DNA of 64,000 bases from Vicinamibacteria bacterium (GTDB lineage Bacteria; Acidobacteriota; Vicinamibacteria; Marinacidobacterales; Marinacidobacteraceae): assembly GCA_963668695.2 (NCBI GenBank), contig CAXXLQ010000004.1:2272001-2336000 (forward strand), read 5' to 3'. Position 1 is the first letter of the stretch. Each line of letters starts with the position of its first letter. Both the position numbers and the translations under genes were made by a program. The notes under the pieces are model-generated. The model saw nothing but the letters and a program-made list of their open reading frames with translations, ran no database searches and was not told where the DNA came from. Shown here piece after piece: positions 30,187-41,066 of the stretch.

Positions 30187-31812
30187 TCAGATCCCGTTGG
30201 CGAGGGCGGCGGTCGCCGCTTCCGCCTCCGCCTTGCGTTTGCTGCCGCCGACTCCTCTGCCCAGCGCGCGCTGGCCGGCCAGGACTTCCATCACGTACGT
30301 CTTGTCGTGCTCCGGGCCACTCTCAGAGATGAGCCGGTAGACGGGTAGGCGTCCCTCCCTCTTCACGAGTGCCTCCTGGAGTGCCCCCTTCGGGTTGTCC
30401 GACGAGGCGGAGATCGGGGCTGCCTGTTTCTCGCTGATTTCGCGCTCGGAGCCGGAAGCCGATCCACTCCTCGTTCGGCTGCGCCTTCGATTGGCCTGCG
30501 TTTCGAGGTGTGCGAGCACCAGGCGCGCCGCATCCTTTTCGGCCTCCTTGAGACCGCTGCCGACTCCGGTTTCGACCAGTCCGTCGGCCAGCCGCAGGGT
30601 CACCGAGACCCTCCCGTCGCCCCCCGCGCTCCTGGGCCCGCGTTTCACTTCGTACCGAGGAGCTTCCTTGCCGGCCTGCGCGAGACGATTCTGGAGAAGC
30701 GTCTTCGGGTCCAGCAGTTCCAGGTCGGGGTTCTGAAGCTCTTCCAGGGCCTCTGCGAATGGCCGGCCGAGGGCTCGCCGGGCCGCTTTCAGGCTGCCGT
30801 CCACATAGAGCGCCCCCATGACCGCTTCTGCGGTCGCGACGGCTTCATCGCCGCCTCCGAGCGACCAGTGCCGACTCAATGTCCGGGTGAAGTCGGGGCT
30901 TTGGAACCTCATTCTGGCGAGGGTCATACGCCCTTCGTCCCACTCGGGGAAGTCGCTGTGGAGGACTTCCGCGAGCACCAGATGCATGACGTCGCGCCCC
31001 AGAAAGCGCAGCGCCTGCCGATTCGGAGTTCCGGCGGCAACCCCTCGGCCGCGTGAGCGCGGGGCCGGGCTGCGGCGTCTTCTCATTCGCCGCCTCTTGC
31101 CACGGCGACCCGCGGATTCGATGGCCCGGTTCGGGCCGTCTGCGTCGAGCGCCGCCAGCAGGATTCCGGGACGGGAAAAGGTGTACCCGAGCGCGCGCTC
31201 GACTCCCGTGCGAAGAAAGGCAGTGCGGCGGACGATCCGGACGCTGATCCGCCCCAGGGAGCGGAACGCTCCAGCCCCTCGACGCATCCATCCCGGAACA
31301 CCTTCCGGAGGCCTCAGCCGAAGCCTCTCCAGCTTTGTCCTGAACGCGGCGGCCAAGACACCTCGGGCGGCGGGCATGCCGCCGTCGAGATAAGCAGCCC
31401 CCAAAACGGCTTCAAAGACATTCGCCAGGATGCGATCCGAAGATCGCACCTCCTCGCCGGCGCTCCGCCCGCGGCCGACGCGAATTCCCTCGTCCAGCGA
31501 GAGGGTTCGGGCCGCCGAGGCGAGCGAGTGGTTGCTCACCAGCTCGGATTTGGTCTCCTGACGCCGTTGCCCGTCCCAATTCGGGCGCTGAAAGTGCATC
31601 GCCTCCGTGACGACGAGTCCAAGCGCGGCGTCTCCGACGAACTCCAGCCGTTCGTAGTCGGGCACCTCGTGATCATTTCGGTAGGAGCCGTGGGTCAGGG
31701 CCTCCTCCAGAAGGTCGATGTTCCGGAAGCGGTACCCGAGACCCCGGGCGAACTCCAGCACCGGACGATGGTCTGATGCCGGAGAGCGTCTTCGTCGTCT
31801 GCTTCGGGCCAT
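30187..31812 (-). CDS. rnc: Ribonuclease III with two RNase III domains and two dsRBDs
   Basis: ALTHGS, YERLEFVGD, NVFEAVLGAAYLDGG; second QALRFLGRD...AEAVMGALYVDG; DPKTLLQ and NPKGALQE dsRBDs. Confidence 0.85.
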   Translation of the reverse strand: MARSRRRRRSPASDHRPVLEFARGLGYRFRNIDLLEEALTHGSYRNDHEVPDYERLEFVGDAALGLVVTEAMHFQRPNWDGQRRQETKSELVSNHSLASAARTLSLDEGIRVGRGRSAGEEVRSSDRILANVFEAVLGAAYLDGGMPAARGVLAAAFRTKLERLRLRPPEGVPGWMRRGAGAFRSLGRISVRIVRRTAFLRTGVERALGYTFSRPGILLAALDADGPNRAIESAGRRGKRRRMRRRRSPAPRSRGRGVAAGTPNRQALRFLGRDVMHLVLAEVLHSDFPEWDEGRMTLARMRFQSPDFTRTLSRHWSLGGGDEAVATAEAVMGALYVDGSLKAARRALGRPFAEALEELQNPDLELLDPKTLLQNRLAQAGKEAPRYEVKRGPRSAGGDGRVSVTLRLADGLVETGVGSGLKEAEKDAARLVLAHLETQANRRRSRTRSGSASGSEREISEKQAAPISASSDNPKGALQEALVKREGRLPVYRLISESGPEHDKTYVMEVLAGQRALGRGVGGSKRKAEAEAATAALANGI

Positions 31813-31813
31813 C

Positions 31814-33754
31814 TCAGTCCACCCGTATGAGAACCATCGTCAGATCGTCCGTGTGGGCCTCGGCCCCGGTGAAGTGCTGGACCGCGTCTTCCACGTTCCG
31901 TTGCAGGGCCGCCGGTGGCAGTGCTGCACCGTCTTCCAGGAGCCGCATGAGCCTTTCCTCCCCAAACATGTCGGATTCGGCGTTCATCGCTTCGGAGACG
32001 CCGTCCGTGAAGAAGAGCCAGGTCTCTCCCGCACAAAGCGGTTGCGATCGCTCCTCGATGATTGCATCGAAGACCGGTCCCGGATCCAGCGCCAATCCGA
32101 GGCCCGGAGGTTCGAGCGCCTCGGAGCGGGGCCATTCGCCGTCTTGTCGAATCAGATGGAGGAGGGGACTGTGACCGGCTCGGGCAAACGTGACCCGGCT
32201 GGCGGCAGAGTCGAAAACTGCGTAGGTGATGGTGATGAAGGTGCGCGAATCGAGTTCGTTGTACAGAACCCGGTTCGCTTCGATCAGCACCGTGCGCGGC
32301 GACTCGTGGATTCGACTCAAGGCGAGCATCAGACCCTTGAGTTCGGCCATGATGAAAGCAGCCCGAGTTCCGGTCCCGGATACGTCGGCGATCACCACTC
32401 CGAGCTGATTCGGTCCGAGCGGGTACAGGTCGTAGTAGTCGCCGCCCACCTCGGTTGCGGGCCGGCAGACGGCCGCCATCGCAAATCCCGGTACTGAGAC
32501 CGATCCTTCGGGAGGCAGTAGCCGTGCCTGGGACTGGCGCGCGGTCTCCATTTCCTGTTCGAGAACGGCCGCGCGCCGGAGACGGCCCATGTCGTCGGCG
32601 ATCTTGGCGGTCATGATGTTGAAGGAACTCGCGAGTTCTCCCAGCTGGTCAGGAGATGCGGCGCGAACCTGATGCCCGAAGTTCCCGCTCCGGACAAAAT
32701 CGGTCCCCTGACTCAGAGCTTCGACGGATCGGGTGATCGAGCGAGCAAGCCGCAGCCCGGCGGAGAAAGCCACGCACTCGATGAGCACGAAGACGATGCC
32801 GAGGCCGCCGAGTACCAGGAGCAGGCCGCTGCGCCAGTCCTGATTGCTGATCGCCACGGGCTCGGAGAGTCCACTTGTTGTTCCCTGGATCAGATGAATC
32901 GGGGCGAACCCGATGGCCACCAGGATGGTGCCCCCTTCCATGTCCGGACCCCAGGGAACGGCATCGAGCAACAGCGGCTCGTCCCAGCCGATCGTGAATC
33001 GATCGTCGCCCGATCCTGAGAAGTGCAGCGGGGCAGGCGGATCCTCGTTTTGATCTCCCAGATAGAGCGTCCACACCGTACGGACGCTCAGGTCCTCCTC
33101 CCGGGCGCTTTGCTCGAGCAACGGCGCCAGCGGAGCCAGGACGACTGCCAGGCGATCCCCGCGTGGGCTGGGAAACACCGCGCCGAACCACTCGGTGTCT
33201 TCCATCTGCACTACGCCCTCGTACGCGGTGCGAGCCCATTCAGGCACCGCATCGGACTCGCGAATGGGCCCTTCGCTACCGGAATGCACCAATCGGACGA
33301 TGCGTCCATCCTCGACCTCGAGATACCAGGCCGCCGCTCCGGGAGCGAAGGGTGTGATCCTCGCAATCGCTCTCTCCAGGCCCAGAGCGATTTCCGGCGC
33401 ACCCGATCCCGGGGAGACCTCCAGCAGCGTCTGTTGAGCCGCCGAGGCGAACGCTGTCCCGCGGGCTGCCAGGTTCGCCTGGAAGGCATAGGAGCCGAAC
33501 AGCCCCAGAACTACGTAGAAGGCGAGCAGAAAGAAAGAGGTGAGCAGCAGGACCGGCAACAGCCCCACGAACAGGTAGGAGACGGCCAGTTTCCGGCGCA
33601 CGGGATAGAGCACCCAGTGGAGCAGATCGCGCCCGAAGTACACGAGCACCGCCCCCAGCGTGATGACGAAGACCGTCCAGGCGTCCGCCGTCCACGAGCG
33701 GGGAAGGGCCCCTGCCGAGGAAAGTGTGGCGATCGCTCCGACCCCGAGCAGCAA
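31814..33754 (-). CDS. Membrane HAMP + PP2C/SpoIIE Ser/Thr phosphatase
   Basis: TM helices, DQLGELASSFN, VGGDYYD, IADVSG, FTDG, DDLT; true start may lie further upstream. Confidence 0.9.
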   Translation of the reverse strand: MLLGVGAIATLSSAGALPRSWTADAWTVFVITLGAVLVYFGRDLLHWVLYPVRRKLAVSYLFVGLLPVLLLTSFFLLAFYVVLGLFGSYAFQANLAARGTAFASAAQQTLLEVSPGSGAPEIALGLERAIARITPFAPGAAAWYLEVEDGRIVRLVHSGSEGPIRESDAVPEWARTAYEGVVQMEDTEWFGAVFPSPRGDRLAVVLAPLAPLLEQSAREEDLSVRTVWTLYLGDQNEDPPAPLHFSGSGDDRFTIGWDEPLLLDAVPWGPDMEGGTILVAIGFAPIHLIQGTTSGLSEPVAISNQDWRSGLLLVLGGLGIVFVLIECVAFSAGLRLARSITRSVEALSQGTDFVRSGNFGHQVRAASPDQLGELASSFNIMTAKIADDMGRLRRAAVLEQEMETARQSQARLLPPEGSVSVPGFAMAAVCRPATEVGGDYYDLYPLGPNQLGVVIADVSGTGTRAAFIMAELKGLMLALSRIHESPRTVLIEANRVLYNELDSRTFITITYAVFDSAASRVTFARAGHSPLLHLIRQDGEWPRSEALEPPGLGLALDPGPVFDAIIEERSQPLCAGETWLFFTDGVSEAMNAESDMFGEERLMRLLEDGAALPPAALQRNVEDAVQHFTGAEAHTDDLTMVLIRVD

Positions 33755-34249
33755 ACGACCGGGCCAGGAGCGGGCGAGAGCCTTCGCCGCACGTCCCAGA
33801 CCTTTGGCCAGGGATCCGGGATAGGCAGGCGTCGCGGGAGGCGGAACTGATGCGGAGGCTGGCCCGGCCGGTCGCCCCGCGTGCTGCGGTGGGTCTTGGG
33901 TGGAAATGTGTTGGCGTGCGGGTGTTTGAGAAACGGCAGTTGGCCGGATTGCTGGATCCGGGGCGTTCCCGATGAGGTCCGGTTCGACCCCTCTGGGGGA
34001 CGCGCGCTCGCACTCGAAACCCGAAGGCTCGGCGCCGCCCGCAGAGCGGACGATCCGTCAGAGCGCGGTGCGCCGCCGAGACACCGGGTCCAGAGGCGGT
34101 TCCGAAACAGAACGTGCGGCCGGCCGGCCAGTTCCGCCAGGCAAGGCCCCGCTTGGAATGGTCCGGTTACCGCGACACGGGTCGGAAGCGCCGGTGAGCA
34201 CCGGGCCGGCAAGAGCACGGGCCGGCGCCCCGAGTACTCGATTCAAGTG

Positions 34250-34285
34250 TAGCAGCCTATGAACGAAGTTACGTGGCCCAGTTGC
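34250..34285 (+). repeat. Short remnant of a family A terminus
   Basis: TAGCAGCCTATGAACGAAGTTACGTGGCCCAGTT resembles the left end. Confidence 0.5.
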
Positions 34286-34567
34286 CGTGAAAATGGTTTG
34301 GAGCGCCCGTGTTCACACCGGCATCGCGGCCGCAGGCCGCGAAACTCCCGCCGATCCCTTCGCCCATCGCCTGGACCATCCGGGGACGGCGAAACGCCGC
34401 CTGGACGGGTAGGTTGCGTCGCGCCATCCCCGTTGCCCGTCGCGACATGCGGGGATGGCCTGGGGGAGTTTCGTCCCCCTGTGGGGGACGATGCCGGTCT
34501 GAAGACCGGCGCTCCAGGCGCGTCTCGTGCGCCTCCGCTGGGCGGCACCGTACACTCCCGAAAGCCC

Positions 34568-35341
34568 ATGCCCATGCGTCTTCCGGACCGCTGTCTCACC
34601 GCTGTCATCGTCCTTATGGTGGGTCTCGGAGTTGGGGAACCTGCGGTGGGCAACCAGATCGCGACCGAAGCCGCGCCCGCCATTCGGCTCTACGGAGTCG
34701 TGAGGCAGCGGGACGGCGGGGTGGCACTCCTGCGGTTTGGTGCTGGAAGGCCCGTGGCGCTCCAGGTTGGCGAATCCCATCGCGGTTTCACGGTTCGCGA
34801 GGTGCTCGCCGACGGCGTGCAACTTGAAGCTCCTGACGGCCAGACTTTGGCCGTGGCTCTCCCGGACACATGGACCCTCGCGGAAAGCGGGGAGCTGCCT
34901 CCCGTTCCGGAGCCGCCCCTGGAATCCGGGGCACTTGCCGAGGTCCCATCTCTCTCCGAGCTGACGCCGTTTGAGCCTCCTCCCGCCATCCCGCAACCGA
35001 GTCCGGCGTCCCCGGAACGGGGTGAACGGCGCTTTTCTCGAGATGACGTGCGGCTCCGGCTGCAGTCCGAACTCCCGCGAATCCTCGCGGGTGCCGTTGT
35101 GGCGCCTCGGGTACTCGGAAACGAGGTGGTGGGGTTGGAGTTGGTCGCATTCCCCACCGACACCGTGCTCGGAGAGGTCGGACTTATCCCCGGCGATGTT
35201 CTGCTGGCGGTAAACGGCAGGGAAGTGCGGGGGGCGGAATCGCTGGCGGTGCTCGTTCAGCGGTTTCAGACGGCAAGCGAGATCGAGATCACGGTGGATC
35301 GCGACGGCGAGATCTTCCCGTTGCGCTACCGGATCGAATAG
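34568..35341 (+). CDS. GspC-like protein with C-terminal PDZ domain
   Basis: N-terminal TM, RLYGVV beta domain, GLIPGDVLLAVNG PDZ. Confidence 0.65.
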   Translation: MPMRLPDRCLTAVIVLMVGLGVGEPAVGNQIATEAAPAIRLYGVVRQRDGGVALLRFGAGRPVALQVGESHRGFTVREVLADGVQLEAPDGQTLAVALPDTWTLAESGELPPVPEPPLESGALAEVPSLSELTPFEPPPAIPQPSPASPERGERRFSRDDVRLRLQSELPRILAGAVVAPRVLGNEVVGLELVAFPTDTVLGEVGLIPGDVLLAVNGREVRGAESLAVLVQRFQTASEIEITVDRDGEIFPLRYRIE

Positions 35342-35424
35342 CCGACCCTTCCGTTCCGCGATTCTCCGGAACTCCCCACGCCCAGGGACAGAGGCGCGCT
35401 GGCGGGTCGCGCCGGATCCCTGGT

Positions 35425-35561
35425 TAGCAGCCGGTGGATAAAGTCACGCGGCCCAGTTCTCCCGGTGGGGGCTCGAGCGGCGATGCATCCCGGCTGAGCC
35501 GCCCCCCACCGGGAGGACCGGCCGCTCTCGACGCTCACGCCACCTTGTCCACCGGCTGCTA
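35425..35561 (+). mobile_element. Short family A element
   Basis: TAGCAGCCGGTGG...CCACCGGCTGCTA; end overlaps the ftsB-like stop. Confidence 0.8.
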
Positions 35562-35972
35562 CCGCGGTGTTGCGACGCTGCGCTCGGACGGACGGAGCAG
35601 CACCACAACCTCGCCGGGTTCTACCAGCTGATGGTGAGTCTTCGCGTGGACTTCGAAGGCGGCCGCGTCCTCGCGCAGCGACGCAATCGAATCCTGGAGT
35701 CCCTTTGCTTCCTGTCCGAGGCGCGCGACCTCAGCAGCCAACTGGTCCTGCAACCGCCCCTGTTCATTCAGCGATTCGAGTCCGCTGACACCAACGGCGG
35801 CGGCGGAGATTCCGATCAAGACCGTGACGATCACCGGCGCTGTCCGCTCGGGTCGCTCGACCAGGACGCGTCCCCATCCTGCGCTCCTCCGGAGGATGCG
35901 TTTCCCCAGGGTTCCAAATCTGCGGTGCAAGCCGCTTAGCGCGGAAGCTGCCGCTTCATTCGAGGATGTCAT
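35559..35972 (-). CDS. Septum formation initiator (FtsB/DivIC family)
   Basis: Single TM, coiled coil, E..AK....LVEPGE. Confidence 0.7.
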   Translation of the reverse strand: MTSSNEAAASALSGLHRRFGTLGKRILRRSAGWGRVLVERPERTAPVIVTVLIGISAAAVGVSGLESLNEQGRLQDQLAAEVARLGQEAKGLQDSIASLREDAAAFEVHAKTHHQLVEPGEVVVLLRPSERSVATPR

Positions 35973-36057
35973 GGCTCCGACGGGGACTCTCCCGAGCTGG
36001 GGTCTCCGTTCCCATTCTATTCGGAAGCGGGGACGGGGCCGGCCGAGAGCCGGCTCC

Positions 36058-36569
36058 TAGCAGCCTGTGGTGAAACCCACGTGAGCGCCGAGGCCCCCAC
36101 CGGGAGAACTGGCCGGCGAGGCGCCCGGCTGACAAGGCGCGTGAGGGAGGAGCCCCCACCGGGAGAACTGGCCCGGGTGTATTTCGACCGAAACGCAACG
36201 ATGAGCGGCGCGCAGCGACGCGGTGAACAGCCGGTGGTGGAACCCACGTGAGCGCCGAGGCCGGTGAGGCGCCCGGCTGACAAGGCGCGTGAGGGAGGAG
36301 CCCCCACCGGGAGAACTGGCCCGGGTGTATTCCGACCGAAACGCAACGATGAGCGGCGCGCAGCGACGCGGTTCAGCCGGGATGGATCGCCGGCCGAACG
36401 CCGCGTGGGTTTCATCACCGGTTGTTTGGCCGGGATGGATCGCCGGCCGAGCCCCCACCGGGAGAACTGGGCCGCGTGGGTTTCATCACCGGTTGTTTGG
36501 CCGGGATGGATCGCCGGTCGAGCCCCCACCGGGAGAACTGGGCCGTGTGGGTTTTGCCACAGGCTGCTA
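36058..36569 (-). mobile_element. Composite family A repeat
   Basis: TAGCAGCCTGTGG...CCACAGGCTGCTA; end overlaps valS TAG. Confidence 0.87.
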
Positions 36570-39473
36570 GCCGCCGAGTTGCCCCGCGAGTTCCGTCAGC
36601 CGCTCGGTCTGATCGTTCAGTGAGGCGAGTCGTTCGCGCACCTTGTCCACCACGGCCGGATCGGCGCCCTTAAGGAAACCGGGATTCGCCAGACGTTTCC
36701 GAGTGCTCTCGCGCTCCTTGGTGAGACGCTGCAGCTGTCCTTCAACGCGGCGACGTACCGCGTCGAGATCAACCGCTTGTCCGAGGGCGGTTTGCGCTTC
36801 GAAAGCCGGGTCCACGATGGAGACCCGGCCTGCCGCATCGACCCCGCTCGTACTGGTCGTCGGTGAGGGCCAGCTCGCATCTGGCAACGCGACCGAAATG
36901 GACGAGAGGCGGGCGAGAGAAGCGACGGGGCCGCGGCATTCGGAGAGCAGAGCGCCGAATCCGGCGAGTCCACGCGATTCTCTTACCGAGACAGCAAGTC
37001 GCAGATCCGGAGGCAGGCCCGCGTCGGCGCGCAGTTTGCGGATAGCGCTCACCAACCTCTGGAGAGCCTCGAACCGCTCCTCGAGGCGCTGGTCGCGCGT
37101 TCCTCCCGTCGCCGGAAACGTGGAGCGGGCAAGCAGATCCGCTTCCGGCCGCTGACCGCTCCAGAGGTTCTTCCGGTCCATGGCGATCCGGAGACGCGAG
37201 AAGAGGTGCTCGGTCACGAAGGGAGTCACGGGATGGAGCAGATGCAGGGTGTCGCTCAGGACGCCGCCAAGCGTGGCGGCAGTGCGCCGCGCCGCTCTCG
37301 GTCCGGAACGTAGGCGCACCTTGGCCAACTCGACGTACCAATCGCAGAAGTCGTTCCAGACAAATCGATAGAGAACGGCTCCCACGGCGGCGAAATCGAA
37401 GCAGTCGAGGGCCGTTCGCACTTCGCTTACGCAGGCGCTTGCCCGGGAAACGATCCATCGATCCTCGGCCTGTGGTTCCCCCAGGGGGCCCTCATCCGCT
37501 ACTTCATCAAGGGCAAGGAGTGCGAAGCGGGAGGCATTCCAGAGCTTTGTCAGAAAACGGCGGCCGATCTCGTGGAACTTCGAAAGCGAAAGGCGCATTT
37601 CCTGCCCTTCGGAACAAAGCCGCACCAGGGTGAACCGCAAGGCATCGGCCCCTACTCCCTCGAAGCCTTCAGGGAAACTCCGCTCGACACGATGGAGGAG
37701 TTCCTTCATGTTGGTGGGACGGGCCTCATGCACTGGCCTCTTGAGTTCCGCCAGGGTGGCCCCGTCGATCACCGCGAGCGGGTCCACTCCGTTCCCCTTG
37801 CTCTTGCTCATGACCGCGCCGCGTTCGTCGAGCACGGTGGGGTGGATGTAGACGTCGCGGTACGGAAGCTGGCCCGTCATCTCGATGCCGGCAAAGTTCA
37901 TCCGCGCCACCCAGAAGAAGAGGATTCCCTTGTCGGTGGACAGCACCGAGGTCGGGAAGTAGCGAGCGAGGTCGGGTGTCTTGTCCGGCCAGCCGAGCGT
38001 GCTCATCGGCCAGAGCCAGGAACTGAACCAGGTGTCCAGTACGTCTTCGTCCTGACGCCACGCTTCCGGGTCTGCGAGTACCTCGGGGGGTGTATCGACA
38101 CCCACCGCGACACTGCCGCTTTTCCGGTGGTGCCAGGCCGGGATGCGGTGCCCCCACCAGATCTGGCGGCTGATCGTCCAGTCCCGAATCTCGATGAGCC
38201 ACCGCGCGTAGACCTGCTCCCAGCGGGCTGGGTAAAAGCGAAGTTCGCCCTCGCGCACCTTTTCCCATCCCATCTCCCCTTTCTCGAATCCGCTTCGCCG
38301 AAGCGCCCGGTCCGCAAGCGGGCGCATCCTGACGAACCATTGGTCGGAGAGGCGGTACTCGATCGGGGCTCCGGAACGCTGTGCCCGACCCAGTGGCACC
38401 TGGTGCGGGGTTACCGCCTCGAGGAGTCCCGCAGCTTCAAGCGCGGCGACTGCCTCCCGGCGCGCCTCATATCGGTCGAGGCCACGGAAGGCCTCGGGCA
38501 CTTCGTTGTTCAGGGTCGCGTCCTCGTGCATCACATTCCGGGGTTCGAGGTGATGGCGTTCCCCAATCTCGAAGTCGTGCGGATCGTGCGCCGGAGTGAT
38601 CTTGAGACAACCGGTCCCGAAGTCCCGTTCCACCCCGGAGTCGGCGATGACCGGAATCACATGGCCCGTAAGCGGAAGATGGACCTGCCGGCCGATGAAC
38701 TCACGGTAGCGGGGATCCTCGGGATGCACCGCGACGGCGACATCCCCGAACAGCGTCTCCGGCCGGGTAGTCGCTACCGTGAGGTGCCGCTGGGAGTTGT
38801 CTGCGAGCGGATAGTTGATGCTCCACAGGTGGCCTGGCTCTCCGCCGGGAGCCGTTTCGACTTCGTCGTCGGAGAGCGCCGTTCGGTCCACGGGGCACCA
38901 GTTGACCACCCGTTTGCCGCGATAGATCAGTCCGCGGTCGTAGAGCGCCTTGAAGACCGTGCGCACGGCTCGGGAAAGCCCCTCGTCCATCGTGAACCGG
39001 GTGCGGCGGAAGTCGCACGAACATCCCAACTTGCGAAGCTGTTCCAGGATGATGCCCCCGAACTCCTCCCGCCATTCCCAGACCCGTTCGATGAAGGCCT
39101 CGCGTCCCAAGGCCCGGTAATCCACGCCCTGAGCGTCGAGGTGCTTTCGGACGACAGTCTGGGTGGAGATGCCGGCATGGTCGGTTCCCGGGACCCAGAG
39201 GGCGTCCCGCCCTTCCATTCGCCGGTACCGAATCAGTACGTCCTGAATCGTGTTGTTGAGGGCGTGGCCCATGTGGAGCCGGCCGGTGATGTTGGGAGGC
39301 GGGATGACGATCGTGAACGGCTCCCGCCCCGGATCGCCCTCCGGCCGTGTCCGGCCGCCGGAATCCACCTCCGTTTCGAAGGCCGCCGCCTCCGCCCAGC
39401 GCTCCCACCCTTCGGCCTCGACGGCCGCCGAGTCGAAGCGGGTGGCCAGGGCGCTTCCTCGCCCGGTACTCAC
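36567..39473 (-). CDS. valS: Valine--tRNA ligase
   Basis: PPPNITGRLHMGH, DWTISRQIWWGH, MSKSKGN, C-terminal coiled coil. Confidence 0.97.
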   Translation of the reverse strand: MSTGRGSALATRFDSAAVEAEGWERWAEAAAFETEVDSGGRTRPEGDPGREPFTIVIPPPNITGRLHMGHALNNTIQDVLIRYRRMEGRDALWVPGTDHAGISTQTVVRKHLDAQGVDYRALGREAFIERVWEWREEFGGIILEQLRKLGCSCDFRRTRFTMDEGLSRAVRTVFKALYDRGLIYRGKRVVNWCPVDRTALSDDEVETAPGGEPGHLWSINYPLADNSQRHLTVATTRPETLFGDVAVAVHPEDPRYREFIGRQVHLPLTGHVIPVIADSGVERDFGTGCLKITPAHDPHDFEIGERHHLEPRNVMHEDATLNNEVPEAFRGLDRYEARREAVAALEAAGLLEAVTPHQVPLGRAQRSGAPIEYRLSDQWFVRMRPLADRALRRSGFEKGEMGWEKVREGELRFYPARWEQVYARWLIEIRDWTISRQIWWGHRIPAWHHRKSGSVAVGVDTPPEVLADPEAWRQDEDVLDTWFSSWLWPMSTLGWPDKTPDLARYFPTSVLSTDKGILFFWVARMNFAGIEMTGQLPYRDVYIHPTVLDERGAVMSKSKGNGVDPLAVIDGATLAELKRPVHEARPTNMKELLHRVERSFPEGFEGVGADALRFTLVRLCSEGQEMRLSLSKFHEIGRRFLTKLWNASRFALLALDEVADEGPLGEPQAEDRWIVSRASACVSEVRTALDCFDFAAVGAVLYRFVWNDFCDWYVELAKVRLRSGPRAARRTAATLGGVLSDTLHLLHPVTPFVTEHLFSRLRIAMDRKNLWSGQRPEADLLARSTFPATGGTRDQRLEERFEALQRLVSAIRKLRADAGLPPDLRLAVSVRESRGLAGFGALLSECRGPVASLARLSSISVALPDASWPSPTTSTSGVDAAGRVSIVDPAFEAQTALGQAVDLDAVRRRVEGQLQRLTKERESTRKRLANPGFLKGADPAVVDKVRERLASLNDQTERLTELAGQLGG

Positions 39474-39730
39474 TGGCAGCCTGTGGATGAAGTGGCGTGA
39501 GCGCCGAGAGCGGCCAGTCTCCCGGTGGGGGCGAGGCGCCCGGCTGACGAGGCGCGCGAGGGAGGAGCCCCCACCGGGAGAACTGGCCCGGGTGTATTTC
39601 GACCGAAGCGCAACGATGAGCAGTGCGAAGCGCCAGTTCTCCCGGTGGGGGGGCGGTTCAGCCGGGATGCATCGCCGCTCGAGCCCCCACCGGGAGAACT
39701 GGGCCGCGTCACTTCGTTCACAGGCTGCTA
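39474..39730 (-). mobile_element. Family A element
   Basis: CAGCCTGTGG...CACAGGCTGCTA filling the metK-valS gap. Confidence 0.85.
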
Positions 39731-39731
39731 T

Positions 39732-40892
39732 TTAGCAGACGGCGGCGGCCAGGGTGGCTGCGCGATCGGTGCTTTCCCAGGGGAAACCAGCGCTCTCGTG
39801 TCCGAAGTGGCCACCCTTTGCGGTGTTCTCGTAGATGGGGCGGCGCAGGTCGAAGTGGTCGATGATTTCCTTGGGAGTCAGCCCGAAGATATCGCGGACG
39901 GCGCCTTCGATGACCGCGTCGTCCGCGGTTCCGGTACCAAAGGTATCCACCCGGACCGAAACCGGCTCCGCACGGCCGATTGCGTAGGCGATCTGCACCT
40001 CGGCCCTTCGCGCGAGTTCCCCCGCCACCACGTTCTTGGCGATGTAGCGAGCCATGTAGGCGGCCGAGCGGTCCACCTTGGTCGGGTCCTTGCCCGAAAA
40101 AGCACCGCCGCCGTGGCGGGCCATCCCGCCATAGGTGTCGACGATAATCTTCCGGCCCGTGAGTCCGCAGTCGGCCGCCGGGCCGCCCTCTACGAATTTC
40201 CCGGTTGGATTGACGAGGATCGAGAGTGAGCCGGCTCGAAACTTCTCTGGAAGCACCGGGAGCACGATCTGTTCCTCGATGTCGCGAACCACGCGATCGA
40301 GAGCATCTTCCGCGTGTTGGGTGGACGCGACGACGGTCGGAACGGAGACGGGGTTTCCGGCTCTGTCATAGGCCACAGTGACCTGCGCCTTCCCGTCCGG
40401 ACCCAGATACGGAACTTCTCCGCTCCTCCGCGCTTCAGTCAGCCGCCGTGTGATCCGGTGCGCCAGCATGATGGGGAGCGGCATGAGTTCCGGCGTCTCG
40501 TCGCAGGCGAAACCGAACATCATCCCCTGGTCCCCCGCGCCGCCGGTGTCCACACCCAGGGCGATGTCCGCGGTCTGCCGGCCCATATGGACGTGGACCT
40601 CCACGGCGTCGGCGTCGAAGTCGTCGTTCCTTCCCGTGTACCCGATTCGCCGGATCGTTCGGCGGACCACGGCCTCGAGTTCCGCCGGTGAGGGGCCACC
40701 CCGGGCGGTGGCTTCCCCGGCAATCACCGCGCGACCCGCAGTAACGAGGGTTTCGCAGGCGACCCGGGCCAGTGGATCCCGCGTCAGGAAGGCATCCAGA
40801 ATGGCATCAGAAATCTGGTCCGCGACCTTGTCCGGGTGGCCTTCGGTCACGGACTCCGACGTAAAGAGCCGCAGGTCGCGGTGGTGTTGCAC
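39732..40892 (-). CDS. metK: S-adenosylmethionine synthetase
   Basis: [28 protein letters not shown]. Confidence 0.97.
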   Translation of the reverse strand: MQHHRDLRLFTSESVTEGHPDKVADQISDAILDAFLTRDPLARVACETLVTAGRAVIAGEATARGGPSPAELEAVVRRTIRRIGYTGRNDDFDADAVEVHVHMGRQTADIALGVDTGGAGDQGMMFGFACDETPELMPLPIMLAHRITRRLTEARRSGEVPYLGPDGKAQVTVAYDRAGNPVSVPTVVASTQHAEDALDRVVRDIEEQIVLPVLPEKFRAGSLSILVNPTGKFVEGGPAADCGLTGRKIIVDTYGGMARHGGGAFSGKDPTKVDRSAAYMARYIAKNVVAGELARRAEVQIAYAIGRAEPVSVRVDTFGTGTADDAVIEGAVRDIFGLTPKEIIDHFDLRRPIYENTAKGGHFGHESAGFPWESTDRAATLAAAVC

Positions 40893-41066
40893 GCTTACAG
40901 AACGCCTTCCTCTTTCTGGGGTCTTGACCGGATGGGAGAGGCAACCTTCATGGGTCGCCTCGGGAGCCGTCGTCGATGAGCGGCGCGCGATGATAGCAGC
41001 CCGGATTCGACCCGGATTCGCGGCGCCGAGCTGGATCCCGACGCTCGAAACGGGGGCGAATTGGTG

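Noticed and set aside
33755-34567. Gene or ncRNA in the ~800-bp gap between the phosphatase and the GspC-like gene
   Set aside because: Only Pro/Arg-rich shadow ORFs and a short repeat remnant; nothing I can support.
40893-41060. SAM or SAH riboswitch upstream of metK
   Set aside because: A CTCATC is present but the other conserved SAM-I or SAH core motifs were not found.
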